This document shows, in pieces, positions 1-10,872 of a stretch of DNA of 64,000 nt. Position numbers and translations under genes: made by a program. Source of the DNA: Phallusia mammillata. Taxonomy: Eukaryota. The DNA lies in NCBI GenBank assembly GCA_965637545.1, contig OZ281500.1, positions 2,356,001 through 2,420,000 on the forward strand. The letters are read 5' to 3'. Position 1 is the stretch's first letter. Each line of letters starts with the position of its first letter. A model generated the notes under the pieces. That model did not search any database. It worked only from the letters and a program-made list of their open reading frames with translations, and had not been told where the DNA came from.

Positions 1-1486
1 TGCTGCATATCTTTGCAAGCGTTTAACTTAAAACAAACTAATAACTGTTGTGAGTAAAAGAAGGTACTGTTCTGGAATGATCGCACGAAAAACGAATACC
101 AGTTTAAAAGCCAATGTTTATCGTTAATCTTTCTCTTTTCCATCATATCCTTTCCTTGAGATAAATGAGACTTGATGTGTGTTGCGTAACCAGAATAAAA
201 GACAAGAACTGAATTGATCTTTTGTGGATCATGTCGGCTCTATGCAGCAAGCGTTAAGAATCGTAATAATGAACTTACTCGCTACTGCAGACGAGCAATA
301 CGAGCCACGACAAGCAGAAGAAATAACAAGCTTTAAAGTAAACAATAACACAGCAGCTCCGCGCAACCTAGCCACCGCAAATGTAATACACTGAGGTTTA
401 AATCAAATGCAATAAACTATGGTAAAACTAAAACAACAACTCAACAAAATCATTTAAAACCCATTTTTCATGAGGTTTAGTGTAGTGTTGCTTCCTACAG
501 AAAGATTTACCATTTACAAAATTGTGTTTTGTTCAATTTTTTATGCTATACAAATGTCTCAGCTACACATGGCATATATTCTTGGTAAATTAGGGTAGCA
601 GTGAAAGTACTTATGCCACTAAAATCAACATTTGGGATAAGTGTACAACAGAGGCAGTAGTGAACTTGTAATCCAAGTGTTTTGCTCTCTAAACTGCAAC
701 TAAACATTTACAAAGTTGCTATTGCTGCCTATTGTGGCAATCGGCATTTCCTACTATGTGATACTATTTTGAAAATGTCACCCCTTGCATTGTTGTTGCA
801 GAATCTTGTTGTTTTTAAGTGAAGTATGGTCAACACATCATTAAATCCAAATCTGCTTCTCATCCCCTTGTTTCCATTGCTGGTTATAAAACTTAAAAAA
901 GGCTGGATTTATTTTCAATTTATCTATTTTGATACATGAGCTAGAAAGACACTGGTAAGTTTTATCTTCATTGGTTTAATTTTATTGTTGGCAGTGGTTA
1001 GCAAACTTTTACTCATCACAAAGTTATAAGCAGTAAAAGTTTTTAATGGCCTTTGCAATACTTATGTTATTCTCAAGTTATTTATTTAAGCCTGTATATT
1101 GATATGAAGAAACATAGCACAATGTGAAACTTTGCATTGTGGTAGAATAGGTTACACAGGAAATAAAGTACAAGCATATTACAGTAAAAAAGTTATGAAA
1201 CAATAAAGCTAAGCAAAATTACTGAAGTAAGGTAAAGTGTGCAGCACATAATCTGAAGAATCACAACATACAAGAAAAGTAATGCAGCAAAATGCTAGCA
1301 TACATGATATTAGCTTAGCTTTGATTTTAAGACATTTCTAATGGTAAATAGAGCTGCTTATAATCACCTGGTTTGTGATGATACAAATTGCTGGAACAGA
1401 AAAGCACATAAAACTATTTTCCTATCTCATTCATAAGCATGTTGATAAGGATTAAATTGGTCACATCTTTTTAATTTTACATGGGT

Positions 1487-4400
1487 TCAGTATGCCACAG
1501 TGTAGTTGCCATGCATACTAGCCAGTTCCATGTTGTATCTGTAAGGTGCGTCATAGAATATTGATGGTGTACAATCATAAGGTAAAGTTGGTTCAATTTT
1601 CATTTGATTTTCACAATGTGCATAGGCTGAAACAATTTCAAACATATCCACACTAAAAAAATTTTCACAAAAAAACTGGCAAAATTTGATGCCAAATTTT
1701 GCTGCCGAAAGCCCCTCTTTGTAGCGATATAGTGCAATGAAGTTTTTAATAAGGTTTACAATTGCATGGATGCTTGAATTGATATATTGTGATGTGCTTG
1801 TATAAATCAGAATGACATAGGCTTTTTTAGAATAACGAATCGCTTCTTGGTACCGGCTCATTTGAATAAGGCAAGCGGAAATACCATTATAACACCAACA
1901 GTTGTATTCAGCATACATCAGCATAAAAAAGTCTGTCTCTATTTTTGAAAAAAGAAGTATAGCTCTTTTGTAATAAATCAAAGCTTCATCCAATCTTCTT
2001 TTTTCGAACAAACCACTGGCCTTTCTGATCAGATGCATTATTTCCACTTTAAAATCTGATCGGATTTGCTTTTTTTCATTCTCGTTTAACATTTGATCAC
2101 CATAATTGTTGATTTTCTGTGTAAGTTCTTGATTAGCTGCTTCACTATAGCCCAGGATATTGTTGCACATGATGCTGGCTTCGTAAAACCCTGATTGTTG
2201 AAATGCTTCCGATAATTGTTGCAAAGCAAAATTTTTGTTCAATGAAGTTGTAAATTTGTGGTCAAAAAAGTACTGAGAAATTAATTCAATTGCTTCCATT
2301 GACCTTCCCAATTTTCTCAGACACAGAGCTTTGTTTAAAACATTACCAACACTTGTTTCACTTAAAAAGTCAGTTCTAATCTCTGGGCACTTCCATGACT
2401 TATCAAAATAAACAAGAGCCTCTTCATATTTCTCCAGAGCACACAATATACCTCCCATACGATTGTATGCAAAATTTATTGAAATATCTGATTCCTCATT
2501 GACGTGGATGGTTTGTCTTCTGTTTATGAGATCCTGACAAACAATTCTTGCTTCTTCATTTTGACCCAACCTTTCAAGGCATATTGTATAGTTTATCATT
2601 ATCGGAAAGTATTCGTCACGTATATTTTCATTCTGTGGGTCATCTTTTATTTCATCATAAGCACATTTTATGTATTTTAGAGCTTTTTTGTTGCGTCCAA
2701 GTTTTTTAAAGCAATCACCCATATCATTACTAATTTTATGCTTAGGAATGGAACATGAAACTTTAAAAAACTGATAAAAGTTTAGTTTCCTGAAGTATTT
2801 CAGGGCTCCTTTAAACTTCTTTAATTCAATCAAGCAAAGGGCACATTGCCTCATAAGTTCACATTTGGTATCAATAAGACCAAGCTGTTGCAATTTTGGT
2901 AAATTTAATTTTATTACTTTGATGCACTCTCTGTATTTCTCAAGACCATGCAAACTTTTTGCATATGAAGTAAGCAGTACAATTTGATCAGGCAGATTCT
3001 TATGGTCTGGATCATCTTTAAGTTCATGTACCAGCCTTTCAGCAAAACCATATAGTTTTAACCGTGCTGCCAGCTCCACTTCAGATATTGGTAATGGTGA
3101 AATATATATGTGATCAAATAAATGAAAGTTTTGGAAACAAATGCTAACATAGTTTTGTAGGGTCATTGCAATATTTAGCCCTTCCACAAATGCTTTAGTG
3201 CCTATGAAGGATGAAATATTTTGTATACATGATGGCATTCCATTATAATTACTTTGATGGAGAATATCATCTTGGCTTGATGCATTGCTGTACAACCTTA
3301 GTCTTGTTTCACAAGCAACTGCCAATGAAAACAGAAGTTTTTCAACCAGTGCCTTGCTTACAACATTACGTGTCTTTAAGTCATCAATAATGTCAAAACA
3401 GTTTAGTAGCTTGCTGTGGTGCAAGTACCCAAAGGCCTCGACAAACAAGGAACAACTTCTGTAAACCAATCGTTTGATGTCTAGGGTGAAAATGTTTTTG
3501 GTCCACATTATTGAGAAGAGATCGTAGTCACTTTGAACTTGCTGCTGTTTCTGCAAATTAAAAATCGGCAGATTAGCAGATTTCCGCTTGGCTTCAGTTC
3601 TAAACTCTTCAAAAACTTCTAAGTCTCCAAAAACATAACTCGATCTGCTTAACATATCGGCTAAATGATATCCATTTTTTAAATCCACTTCACTGTCCAA
3701 GTACTTTACCATTTCACTGATTGGTTTGATCAGCTCGGTTGTCCACGGCTTATTCTGTGTCTTTGTTTGTCTTCCCAATGGATTCTTACTTGCTTGAGGA
3801 GCAAATCCATCTGGACAAATTCCACATAGAGTGTATTTATCATAAAACCAATCTTCTGTTTTGTTTAAGGGATTGTTAAGACATGGAATAGCCAAGAATT
3901 TGAGTATTGTTTCCCCCAGACGAACCAAGATGATTTGAAAAACAGTTGAAAACCACTGAAAATACTCCAAATGTTTTTGATAATTGGGATCTTTCTTAAC
4001 TTTGTCTTCCAATACAATAATGCTTTCAAAATCAGAATATGGAGTAATTTCTTTTTTGGCCAATGAACCCATTCCTACCAGAGCAAACTTACAAGGTGCT
4101 TCCCCTAAGATGAACAGTGTCCGATTTGCTATAAGTTGCATAATGCTGGTGTATGTTTTTGTGACATAATCCTGTATTTTCCTTACATCTGCAACTCTGA
4201 TTTGCATTTCCCTGTTTCTTTCGATACCTTTTAAATCATCACAGATTGGTTTCAATTTGTTTAGCATGCTTTTGGTTGTTTTACGAAGCAATGTAATTTT
4301 CTGCTTCGCTTCAGCAACTGCATTGTCAGTAAATGTAGTATCTAACTTTGAAGCTTTGGCTGAAGCTAATATATCCATGCATACATCATTAAGGTCTTGT

Positions 4401-4612
4401 TTAATTGCTTCAACATTGTCTGGCTGCCGTAACACAGCTGATGTCATTAAAGCAACACTTTGAATGAGACTGATCTTATCTGGACTTTTTTCTTTGTACA
4501 CAAGTCCCAACTGATGCAAAGTTTTTGCTGATTCCTTTGGATTAATTTCCACTCCATTGGATGAACATTGTTCATTTTTTAACTTTTCTGCCAAAACACT
4601 TTCAGAAAGCAT
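1487..4612 (-). CDS. Nucleotidyltransferase (GlnD/DUF294-like)-TPR protein, copy 1 (1041 aa, most divergent, longest TPR region)
   Basis: Single open frame. ALVGMGSLAKKEITPYSDFESIIVL fits the Pol-beta NTase signature hG[GS]x9-13Dh[DE]h. Followed by CPDGFAPQASKNP, DIKR..R helical region, multiple TPR-like repeats (e.g. YEEALVYFDKS) and PSIFYDA. Splice acceptor TTTTGTTATTCAG|G ends at 4652, 40 nt before the ATG. Confidence 0.9.
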   Translation of the reverse strand: MLSESVLAEKLKNEQCSSNGVEINPKESAKTLHQLGLVYKEKSPDKISLIQSVALMTSAVLRQPDNVEAIKQDLNDVCMDILASAKASKLDTTFTDNAVAEAKQKITLLRKTTKSMLNKLKPICDDLKGIERNREMQIRVADVRKIQDYVTKTYTSIMQLIANRTLFILGEAPCKFALVGMGSLAKKEITPYSDFESIIVLEDKVKKDPNYQKHLEYFQWFSTVFQIILVRLGETILKFLAIPCLNNPLNKTEDWFYDKYTLCGICPDGFAPQASKNPLGRQTKTQNKPWTTELIKPISEMVKYLDSEVDLKNGYHLADMLSRSSYVFGDLEVFEEFRTEAKRKSANLPIFNLQKQQQVQSDYDLFSIMWTKNIFTLDIKRLVYRSCSLFVEAFGYLHHSKLLNCFDIIDDLKTRNVVSKALVEKLLFSLAVACETRLRLYSNASSQDDILHQSNYNGMPSCIQNISSFIGTKAFVEGLNIAMTLQNYVSICFQNFHLFDHIYISPLPISEVELAARLKLYGFAERLVHELKDDPDHKNLPDQIVLLTSYAKSLHGLEKYRECIKVIKLNLPKLQQLGLIDTKCELMRQCALCLIELKKFKGALKYFRKLNFYQFFKVSCSIPKHKISNDMGDCFKKLGRNKKALKYIKCAYDEIKDDPQNENIRDEYFPIMINYTICLERLGQNEEARIVCQDLINRRQTIHVNEESDISINFAYNRMGGILCALEKYEEALVYFDKSWKCPEIRTDFLSETSVGNVLNKALCLRKLGRSMEAIELISQYFFDHKFTTSLNKNFALQQLSEAFQQSGFYEASIMCNNILGYSEAANQELTQKINNYGDQMLNENEKKQIRSDFKVEIMHLIRKASGLFEKRRLDEALIYYKRAILLFSKIETDFFMLMYAEYNCWCYNGISACLIQMSRYQEAIRYSKKAYVILIYTSTSQYINSSIHAIVNLIKNFIALYRYKEGLSAAKFGIKFCQFFCENFFSVDMFEIVSAYAHCENQMKIEPTLPYDCTPSIFYDAPYRYNMELASMHGNYTVAY

Positions 4613-4924
4613 GCCAATTTTGTTTTTAAACTAATCACAATGTGGGAAAACCTGAATAACAAAACATGGATTTAAGTTGTTAGTTATCATACGGGTGTGT
4701 TGAAATGATTTACCGGTTACTACAACAGCATTTGGTTTTTAATGATTGTGGATTTTAATTGACATTTTAGTATGCATATTAAAATGTAAATATTTATACA
4801 GTTGTAATACATTAATTGCATTTGTCTTATCATTTATTAAAAAATGAGATTTTTAAGTTTTAGTAGTCAAGGTCATTGTTAATTTGTTATTAATTGTGTT
4901 TGCGTTTTGTCATTGCACTGCAGC

Positions 4925-5210
4925 CAAACAGGGGTTTGCATAAAACAAGGTCCGAAATTCTTATCCCATCTCGGTCGCTTGTGTTTCCCTGAGCAAGAAA
5001 CTTAAGCGGCATTGCTCCAACCCAGTGGTTTCCAATGGGTTGAACTAAATTGAAGTCACCAACTGCCTAAAATCGAAAAAATCAAATAAAAAATGATCAT
5101 CGGACTTGCAATAAAACAGGCAGCTCGACGGCGGACTCATTGTGAGCATAACGCATTCAGGCGTTGGCCGCCCACCGAGGATAAAGATGAAACAAACAAA
5201 CAAACAAACA
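4925..5210 (+). mobile_element. SINE, CORE-like/ascidian-type, with (AAAC)n tail
   Basis: Central TGTGTTTCCCTGAGCAAGAAACTTAAGCGGCATTGCTCCAACCCAGTGG resembles the CORE-SINE box (TGTGxCCTTGGGCAAGxCACTTAAC) and, from recall, Ciona SINEs. Ends GAGGATAAAGATG(AAAC)5. 5' boundary approximate. Confidence 0.65.
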
Positions 5211-5213
5211 ATA

Positions 5214-5290
5214 CAGTGGTTCCCAACCGGGAAGGAATTCCTCCCTAGGGAGGAATTTTATGAGTTCAGGGGGGGAATTTCATAAAAAAT
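5214..5290 (+). mobile_element. Solo terminus of a hAT-type non-autonomous transposon
   Basis: Starts CAGTGGTTCCCAACC (hAT/Charlie-like TIR), followed by a perfect 22-bp palindrome AATTCCTCCCTAGGGAGGAATT, analogous to the subterminal palindrome of the 37.4-38.0 kb MITE. No matching right TIR found. Confidence 0.55.
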
Positions 5291-5734
5291 GTAATAAAAT
5301 TGCATTGGAAATGTTACAGAATATTTTTGTATTTACATTATTATGTCCATTATAATTTGGACCCGGTTCACCGAGTGAGTATGCCTTTTCTAATTGTGCG
5401 ATTAATAGTAAATTTAATAAATTCTGTACAAGGAGGGTACACTGGCTCTCCACTGAAAAACAGCCAAGCACAAGAGTTCGGGTTGAGTGTACAGACTAAA
5501 CTCGTTACTTCATTAAGTTTTGCATCATTACAAAATTATTCTCAACATTTTATCGGTAATTAAACGTTGTTATAAAAATTCAAGCAATTGCTTAATCAAA
5601 CTTTAAAAAAAACTCTAAGATTTTTGTCTTGAACAAACCATCCATCCTGGCTTAAACACTTCCAGTTTGATAACTTTCACAAGCCCACCTCTAAATAAAA
5701 TAAATCACTATGTACTAGTATCTAACGGGTCAAT

Positions 5735-8070
5735 ATTACATATCAGCATGACTGGCGAGCTCCCTGTACATTGTGCGTGACGAGTATGTTTGTGGAACAG
5801 AACTGCGTTCATGGTTCATGTTCTCACGCTTGAGAAGACTTGCTAAAGCGACACACCTGAAATTAAAACCCGGCCCAGGTATTTTTACCTGCGTTGAGGT
5901 TTGGTCGCAGTTTTACTGTTTCTTGTTCACTGTAGCGAGACGAAGTTTAAAATTTTACTGATAGTTGAAAAGGCACACCTTTTAATCAGGCTGTATGTGT
6001 GTCACTGATAGGTATTCGATCATTCTTGGTATTACTTTTTATGGACAATACTGCGTTCCGTGATTAACAAAAAAAAATAATAATGCAAAAAAACTGATTG
6101 TTTTTTTTCTCTGCTTTTTTTCTTTTTCCTATTTTGTACTTTTGGACGCCACACCCTGAACGTATCTGATAAATACACTGGGTTGTCCTATCCCCAATCA
6201 ACTTATGTATTTGCGACGTGTTGTGGTCCGTGAGTACCAAGATTATTCTACATCTATTTTATCCAGTTTTTTTGTTTTTTTTGTTTACATTTTATCTATA
6301 TGTGTCATTTCAAAGCAACCCATATTAATACACTTTTTGCAGAACGAAAGTCAGATGAAAGATCCAGGAACTAACTGCTATTGACACACACATGTATCGT
6401 TTGAAGGTAACTGTGTTACTTACTTGACTGCATCGTTGGCTACCATTAGTCCATGCTTTTCTGCAAACTTTATTTTGTACCGCTATGCAACAAGATCACT
6501 ATATGTCCCATAATCAGCCAGTAAGAATGGTCACAATACCGTGGACTTGTTTTGGCCGGATGTTGCTAAATGCTTTGCTCCGAAAATGTTGTTTTCTATT
6601 CACTTAAATTCAGGCCAACGCCGTAATCTGTTATGGACATCGGTAACTTGCAATTAAATGACTTACTAATAGTTAAGGTTGTCGAAAGTCAAATGCACAA
6701 GATGTTCTGCTACCGAACGCACAACTGCACGGTTGTTTGTAAATCAGGCCCGTAAAAAATGTACGTGTGCAGCGTAGTTTTACAATGTAAAAGAGCGTGT
6801 GCCACCCGGCAACAGTTAATGTTGTAATTTTACACGCTAGGTGGAGTAAAAGATGTGTTAGCAGACACGAACCGGCCCGGTATGTGTACAATGGCACTCC
6901 AGTTTGAAATATGCGTTTAGCGTTTAACATGCAGATTGCCTTTGTAGCTTTGTGCTTATCAAGTAATCAGGTATACATACAGCAACTGTAATGCCTCTCA
7001 TTTCTATTTTGTACTGCTATGTTGTACAACCAACCGTGAACTACAAAGATCCTGATTTTTACGAACAGAAATCTTATAAACTATAAGTCTGTCTGCTTTT
7101 TATGAAAGGTGTCATCACCAACCGTCACGCTGTTTTTACTGTGTTCCTTGTAAACGAGAGTACTTTTAGCTATTTAACGGGGCTTACATTCAATCCGTAG
7201 CTTACTACTATTACACCGGTTTGTATGCTTGTTTGTTGTTCGAAACCCACACAAAAGTTAGCGCGAATTGACTTGAGAATCGTTTCGTTACATAACAATG
7301 GCAACATGTTGTACTAACAGACAGTTTGTAAGCACGTCATGAACTACCGGTAATACCGGTGTTTCGGTTTTCTAAGGGTGCGCGAAACATGGTTTTTATC
7401 GAGGTGATGTTGTCACTTATTATCGTGACCGAGGAGTTGGGGCTGATTTACGAAAAAGGCAATCGTCAAAAAAATCACCACCCTGACATTGTGGAAGCAA
7501 AACGTGTTACACAGCAATATTTACAAACACAACAACGCAACAAAAGGAAATCTTTGAATAATACGTTAGCACCGCAGAATCTAAATGGAAAATTAACGCC
7601 TAACATAAAAGTATTTATGCAAGTGCGAGGAATGGTATGACGACCTTTGTGGCATAGTTTGTAATGTTTAATTATGACCAAAGCTCTATTAACGAATATA
7701 CAGGACCAACGCCTTTTTTAATCAGTTTCGGCTCCAGATATCTTGTTCTTAAGAAATAACGACCTGTTATGTTATCCTTGCTACCAACACAACACAAAAC
7801 AAAAACGTTTTTGTAAGGCATACAGCGACAAATCAAATCTCTTTATAGAATCAGAGCACAACAAAGAGCAAAGTGTCACAGCCAGCTTACAAAAAATACA
7901 AGAATAACATGATATTTACACAATTTGTGTAACATTAGTGCCCTTGATAAAAACTACACAGTCATCGTATTGTTTTGGTGTGTTTCGCTTGACTGTGCAT
8001 CTTCTGTTGCGCAGATTTGGCGAAAAACAAGCAAATTGTGAATTGAATTCAAATCGGTGAACCATTAGTT
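5735..8070. repeat. Segmental duplication block (3' flank of copy 2), paralogous to ~22240-24790 (3' flank of copy 5)
   Basis: Colinear shared sequence, e.g. GACTGGCGAGCTCCCTG, CACCTTTTAATCAGGCTGTATGTGTGTC, GCAACAAGATCACTATATGTCCC, GGGTGCGCGAAACATG..TTTATCGAGGTGATGTTGTCACTTATTATCGTG, in both places. Confidence 0.9.
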
Positions 8071-10872
8071 TCAAAGTGTGTCTGCATGGTAAAATATGGA
8101 GGGGGAGCATTCGTAGAGTGGGATTGGTGACGTGATTTTTAACTCCCATTCACACAGGGTCAACATTTTGATAAGCAAAACAAACTTGTCTTCTACACAG
8201 CAATTCTCATACACAAACTGACAAAGTTTTATTCCATGTTTTGCGGCAGCAAGGCACTCCTCGTGGCGTCGTAGCCTTAATAAGTTTGAAACCAGAGAGA
8301 AAGCAGAAAGTACGGACATATCAAGATTTTTCAGACTTAAATATATCGACAATTGGAACGACATTTTGTAAAACCTAATTGCATCGTGTCGTCGACCGTC
8401 CTCAACCAGCTTTGCAGAAACATTCTGATGAACTACATAATGTTTTGCAAAGTCTTGTAAAGATAGCTTGGTTGTATTTTCTTTACGAAGTAGTTCCATC
8501 TTTTCATGCCAAAGTTTTTTTATTAACATTTCTGATTCTGTTAAGTGACCCACTTTTAGTAGGAAGTCAGCTTTATCCGCAAAGAAATGCTCAACTTTTC
8601 CAGAGGTCTTGCATTTTAATGCTTCGTCACAGTAAACAAGAGCTTCTTCGTATCTCTTTAAGTGGTACAGACTTTCAATTTTATGAAAAAACGCTGCGTT
8701 TAGAAATGTGTCGGTTTCCTCGGGTATACGCTCTTTTCGTATTTGGGATATTAATTCTTCATTTATCGAAAGAGCTTTGTTATAACAACCCGCACAATTT
8801 AGGCTGAAAAGAAACGGAACTAACAGTGCGCAATAACCGTAATTTGTTAAATTTATGGTAGGATCTTTTTTGGTCTCATTGTATGCGAGCTCGAAATAAT
8901 GCCGAGCCTTTTCGTAATCTTCGTGCATCATGTAGCAACCCCCAATCGTTCCGTAGGCATTCACCCTTAATTCACCTGCAATTCCATTTGAATGAACATC
9001 AGGTAACATTTCTATATATTTTAATGCTTGTCTGTGCTTTTTCAACATAGTTGCACTCCAAGCGCCCTGCATCAAGCATATAATTCGCTTACCGATTAAA
9101 CTTGGCGTATCAAGACGTGTTATTTCGTCGTCACAGATTTTGAGGACTTCTTCATATTCCCCAATTTGAGCCAAACATCCCACGCGCATTGTCTGCAAGA
9201 AACGTCGATCATCCTCATCAGTGGGTTTCCATTCATCTAATAACTTTAGAAGAAATGTGGATTCGTGCAATAAGTATGCCAGCCATACTTTACGAGATTG
9301 CGACTCCTCCAAATCAATGGGTATCTTACTTCTTGCATTTTCAAAGCAATCAATAACGTAGTCTTGGAGCGATGTTATTATATCTATTCCAACTATAACT
9401 GCTTTGTTGCCTATATTTTTCGTAAAGTATTCAGTACCCGATCGAGATGAAGAATATGGGCGATGTACAATGTCATTTTGTCCTGAAGTCCTGCTGTACC
9501 ACCTCAAACGCATTTCACATGCTATTGCCAACGAAAACTGAAGTTTGCACTGTAACATTTTATCGATAACACCACGATCTGCTAGTTCGTCAATGATTTC
9601 AAAACAGGTGAAATTGTAACATTTGTGCAAACGACCCAAAGCCAACACGAAAAGTGAAGAACTCCTTAACACAACACGCTTTATGTCTACTTTTCCATAT
9701 AAATCAAAGGTCTTTGGTTGGTAAAGGTCGAAATATTCTTTGATATTTTGCTGTGCCCGTTGATTGAAGATGGGCATCTGACTTAGTTTTTGCTGGGTTT
9801 TTGATTTAAACTGTTCAGAAACAACAACATCTCCAAATACGAAACAAGTTGTAGTCAACATATCTGCTAAATGATATCCGTTTTTCAAATCCTCTTCTGT
9901 TTCCAAGTACTTCACCATCTCACTGACTGGTTTGATCAGCTCAGTTGTCCACGGCTTCTTCTGTGTCTTTGTTTGTCTTCCCAATGGATTCTTACTTGCT
10001 TGAGGAGCAAAGCCATCAGGACAAATTCCACATGGAGTGTATGTGTCATAAAACCAATCTTCTTTTTCACTCAAGGGATTGTTAAGACATGGAATAGCCA
10101 AGAATTTAAGTATAGTTTCCCCCAGACGAACCAGTATCAATTGGAAAACAGTTGCAAACCATCGAAAGTAATCTAAAACAACATTGTAATTCTCTTGGTT
10201 TTTAATTTCTTCTTCCAATACAATGATGCTCTCAAAATCAGAATATGGAGTAACTTCTTTCTTGGCCAACGAACCCATTCCTACCAGAGCAAACTTGCAA
10301 GGTGGCTGTCCCATTATATAAACAGTGCGTCTTCCAATAAGACCCATTGTTTGCTTGTATGTTTCAGTAACATAATCCTGTATTTTCCTTACTTGCTTAA
10401 CTCTCTGCCTCTGTATTGCATTTAGTTCTTCGCCTTTCAAATCATCAGATATTGGTTTCAGCTCACTAAGTCTTATTTTTGTATTTTCACGAAATGTTTG
10501 AATTTGTTTTTTGGTTTCGGCAACAGCTTTATTTATCAGCTCTGCATCTGGATTTGCAGCGTTTGCCAACTTCATAATATGCGTGCACACGTCATCAAGA
10601 TCTCTTTTAATGTCATCTGCATTGTCAGGCTGCCTTAACACAGCTGATGTCATTAGAGCAACACTTTGAATGAGACTGATCTTATCTGGACCTTTTTCTT
10701 TGTACGCAAGTCCCAACTGATGCAAAGTTTTTGCTGATTCTTTTGGATCTTTTTCCACGCCATTGGGATAACATTGTTTCTTCAACTTAGTTGCTAAATC
10801 GTTGATTACTACGCCTGTTATTATGTCGTTCAAGCAATCGGATAAATTTTCGCATGCGGACATTTTTAGCAT
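8071..10872 (-). CDS. NTase-TPR protein, copy 2 (933 aa)
   Basis: Intact ORF with GSLAKKEVTPYSDFE, long active-site loop (GRQTKTQKKPWTTELIKP), TPRs and PSIFYHA. Acceptor TTTATTTGCAG|G ends at 10890. Confidence 0.92.
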   Translation of the reverse strand: MLKMSACENLSDCLNDIITGVVINDLATKLKKQCYPNGVEKDPKESAKTLHQLGLAYKEKGPDKISLIQSVALMTSAVLRQPDNADDIKRDLDDVCTHIMKLANAANPDAELINKAVAETKKQIQTFRENTKIRLSELKPISDDLKGEELNAIQRQRVKQVRKIQDYVTETYKQTMGLIGRRTVYIMGQPPCKFALVGMGSLAKKEVTPYSDFESIIVLEEEIKNQENYNVVLDYFRWFATVFQLILVRLGETILKFLAIPCLNNPLSEKEDWFYDTYTPCGICPDGFAPQASKNPLGRQTKTQKKPWTTELIKPVSEMVKYLETEEDLKNGYHLADMLTTTCFVFGDVVVSEQFKSKTQQKLSQMPIFNQRAQQNIKEYFDLYQPKTFDLYGKVDIKRVVLRSSSLFVLALGRLHKCYNFTCFEIIDELADRGVIDKMLQCKLQFSLAIACEMRLRWYSRTSGQNDIVHRPYSSSRSGTEYFTKNIGNKAVIVGIDIITSLQDYVIDCFENARSKIPIDLEESQSRKVWLAYLLHESTFLLKLLDEWKPTDEDDRRFLQTMRVGCLAQIGEYEEVLKICDDEITRLDTPSLIGKRIICLMQGAWSATMLKKHRQALKYIEMLPDVHSNGIAGELRVNAYGTIGGCYMMHEDYEKARHYFELAYNETKKDPTINLTNYGYCALLVPFLFSLNCAGCYNKALSINEELISQIRKERIPEETDTFLNAAFFHKIESLYHLKRYEEALVYCDEALKCKTSGKVEHFFADKADFLLKVGHLTESEMLIKKLWHEKMELLRKENTTKLSLQDFAKHYVVHQNVSAKLVEDGRRHDAIRFYKMSFQLSIYLSLKNLDMSVLSAFSLVSNLLRLRRHEECLAAAKHGIKLCQFVYENCCVEDKFVLLIKMLTLCEWELKITSPIPLYECSPSIFYHADTL

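Noticed and set aside
273-420. Possible first exon of another minus-strand gene (CGA|GTAAGT at 278, GC-richer tract)
   Set aside because: Only a donor-like motif with no ATG-initiated frame, and the rest would lie outside the window. Not supportable.
9430-9560. Active HEPN RNase in the helical bundle after the NTase
   Set aside because: No R-X4-6-H motif: in RLRWYSRTSGQNDIVH the nearest Arg is 8 residues from the His and is not conserved in all copies. A GlnD/DUF294_C-type substrate-binding bundle fits better.
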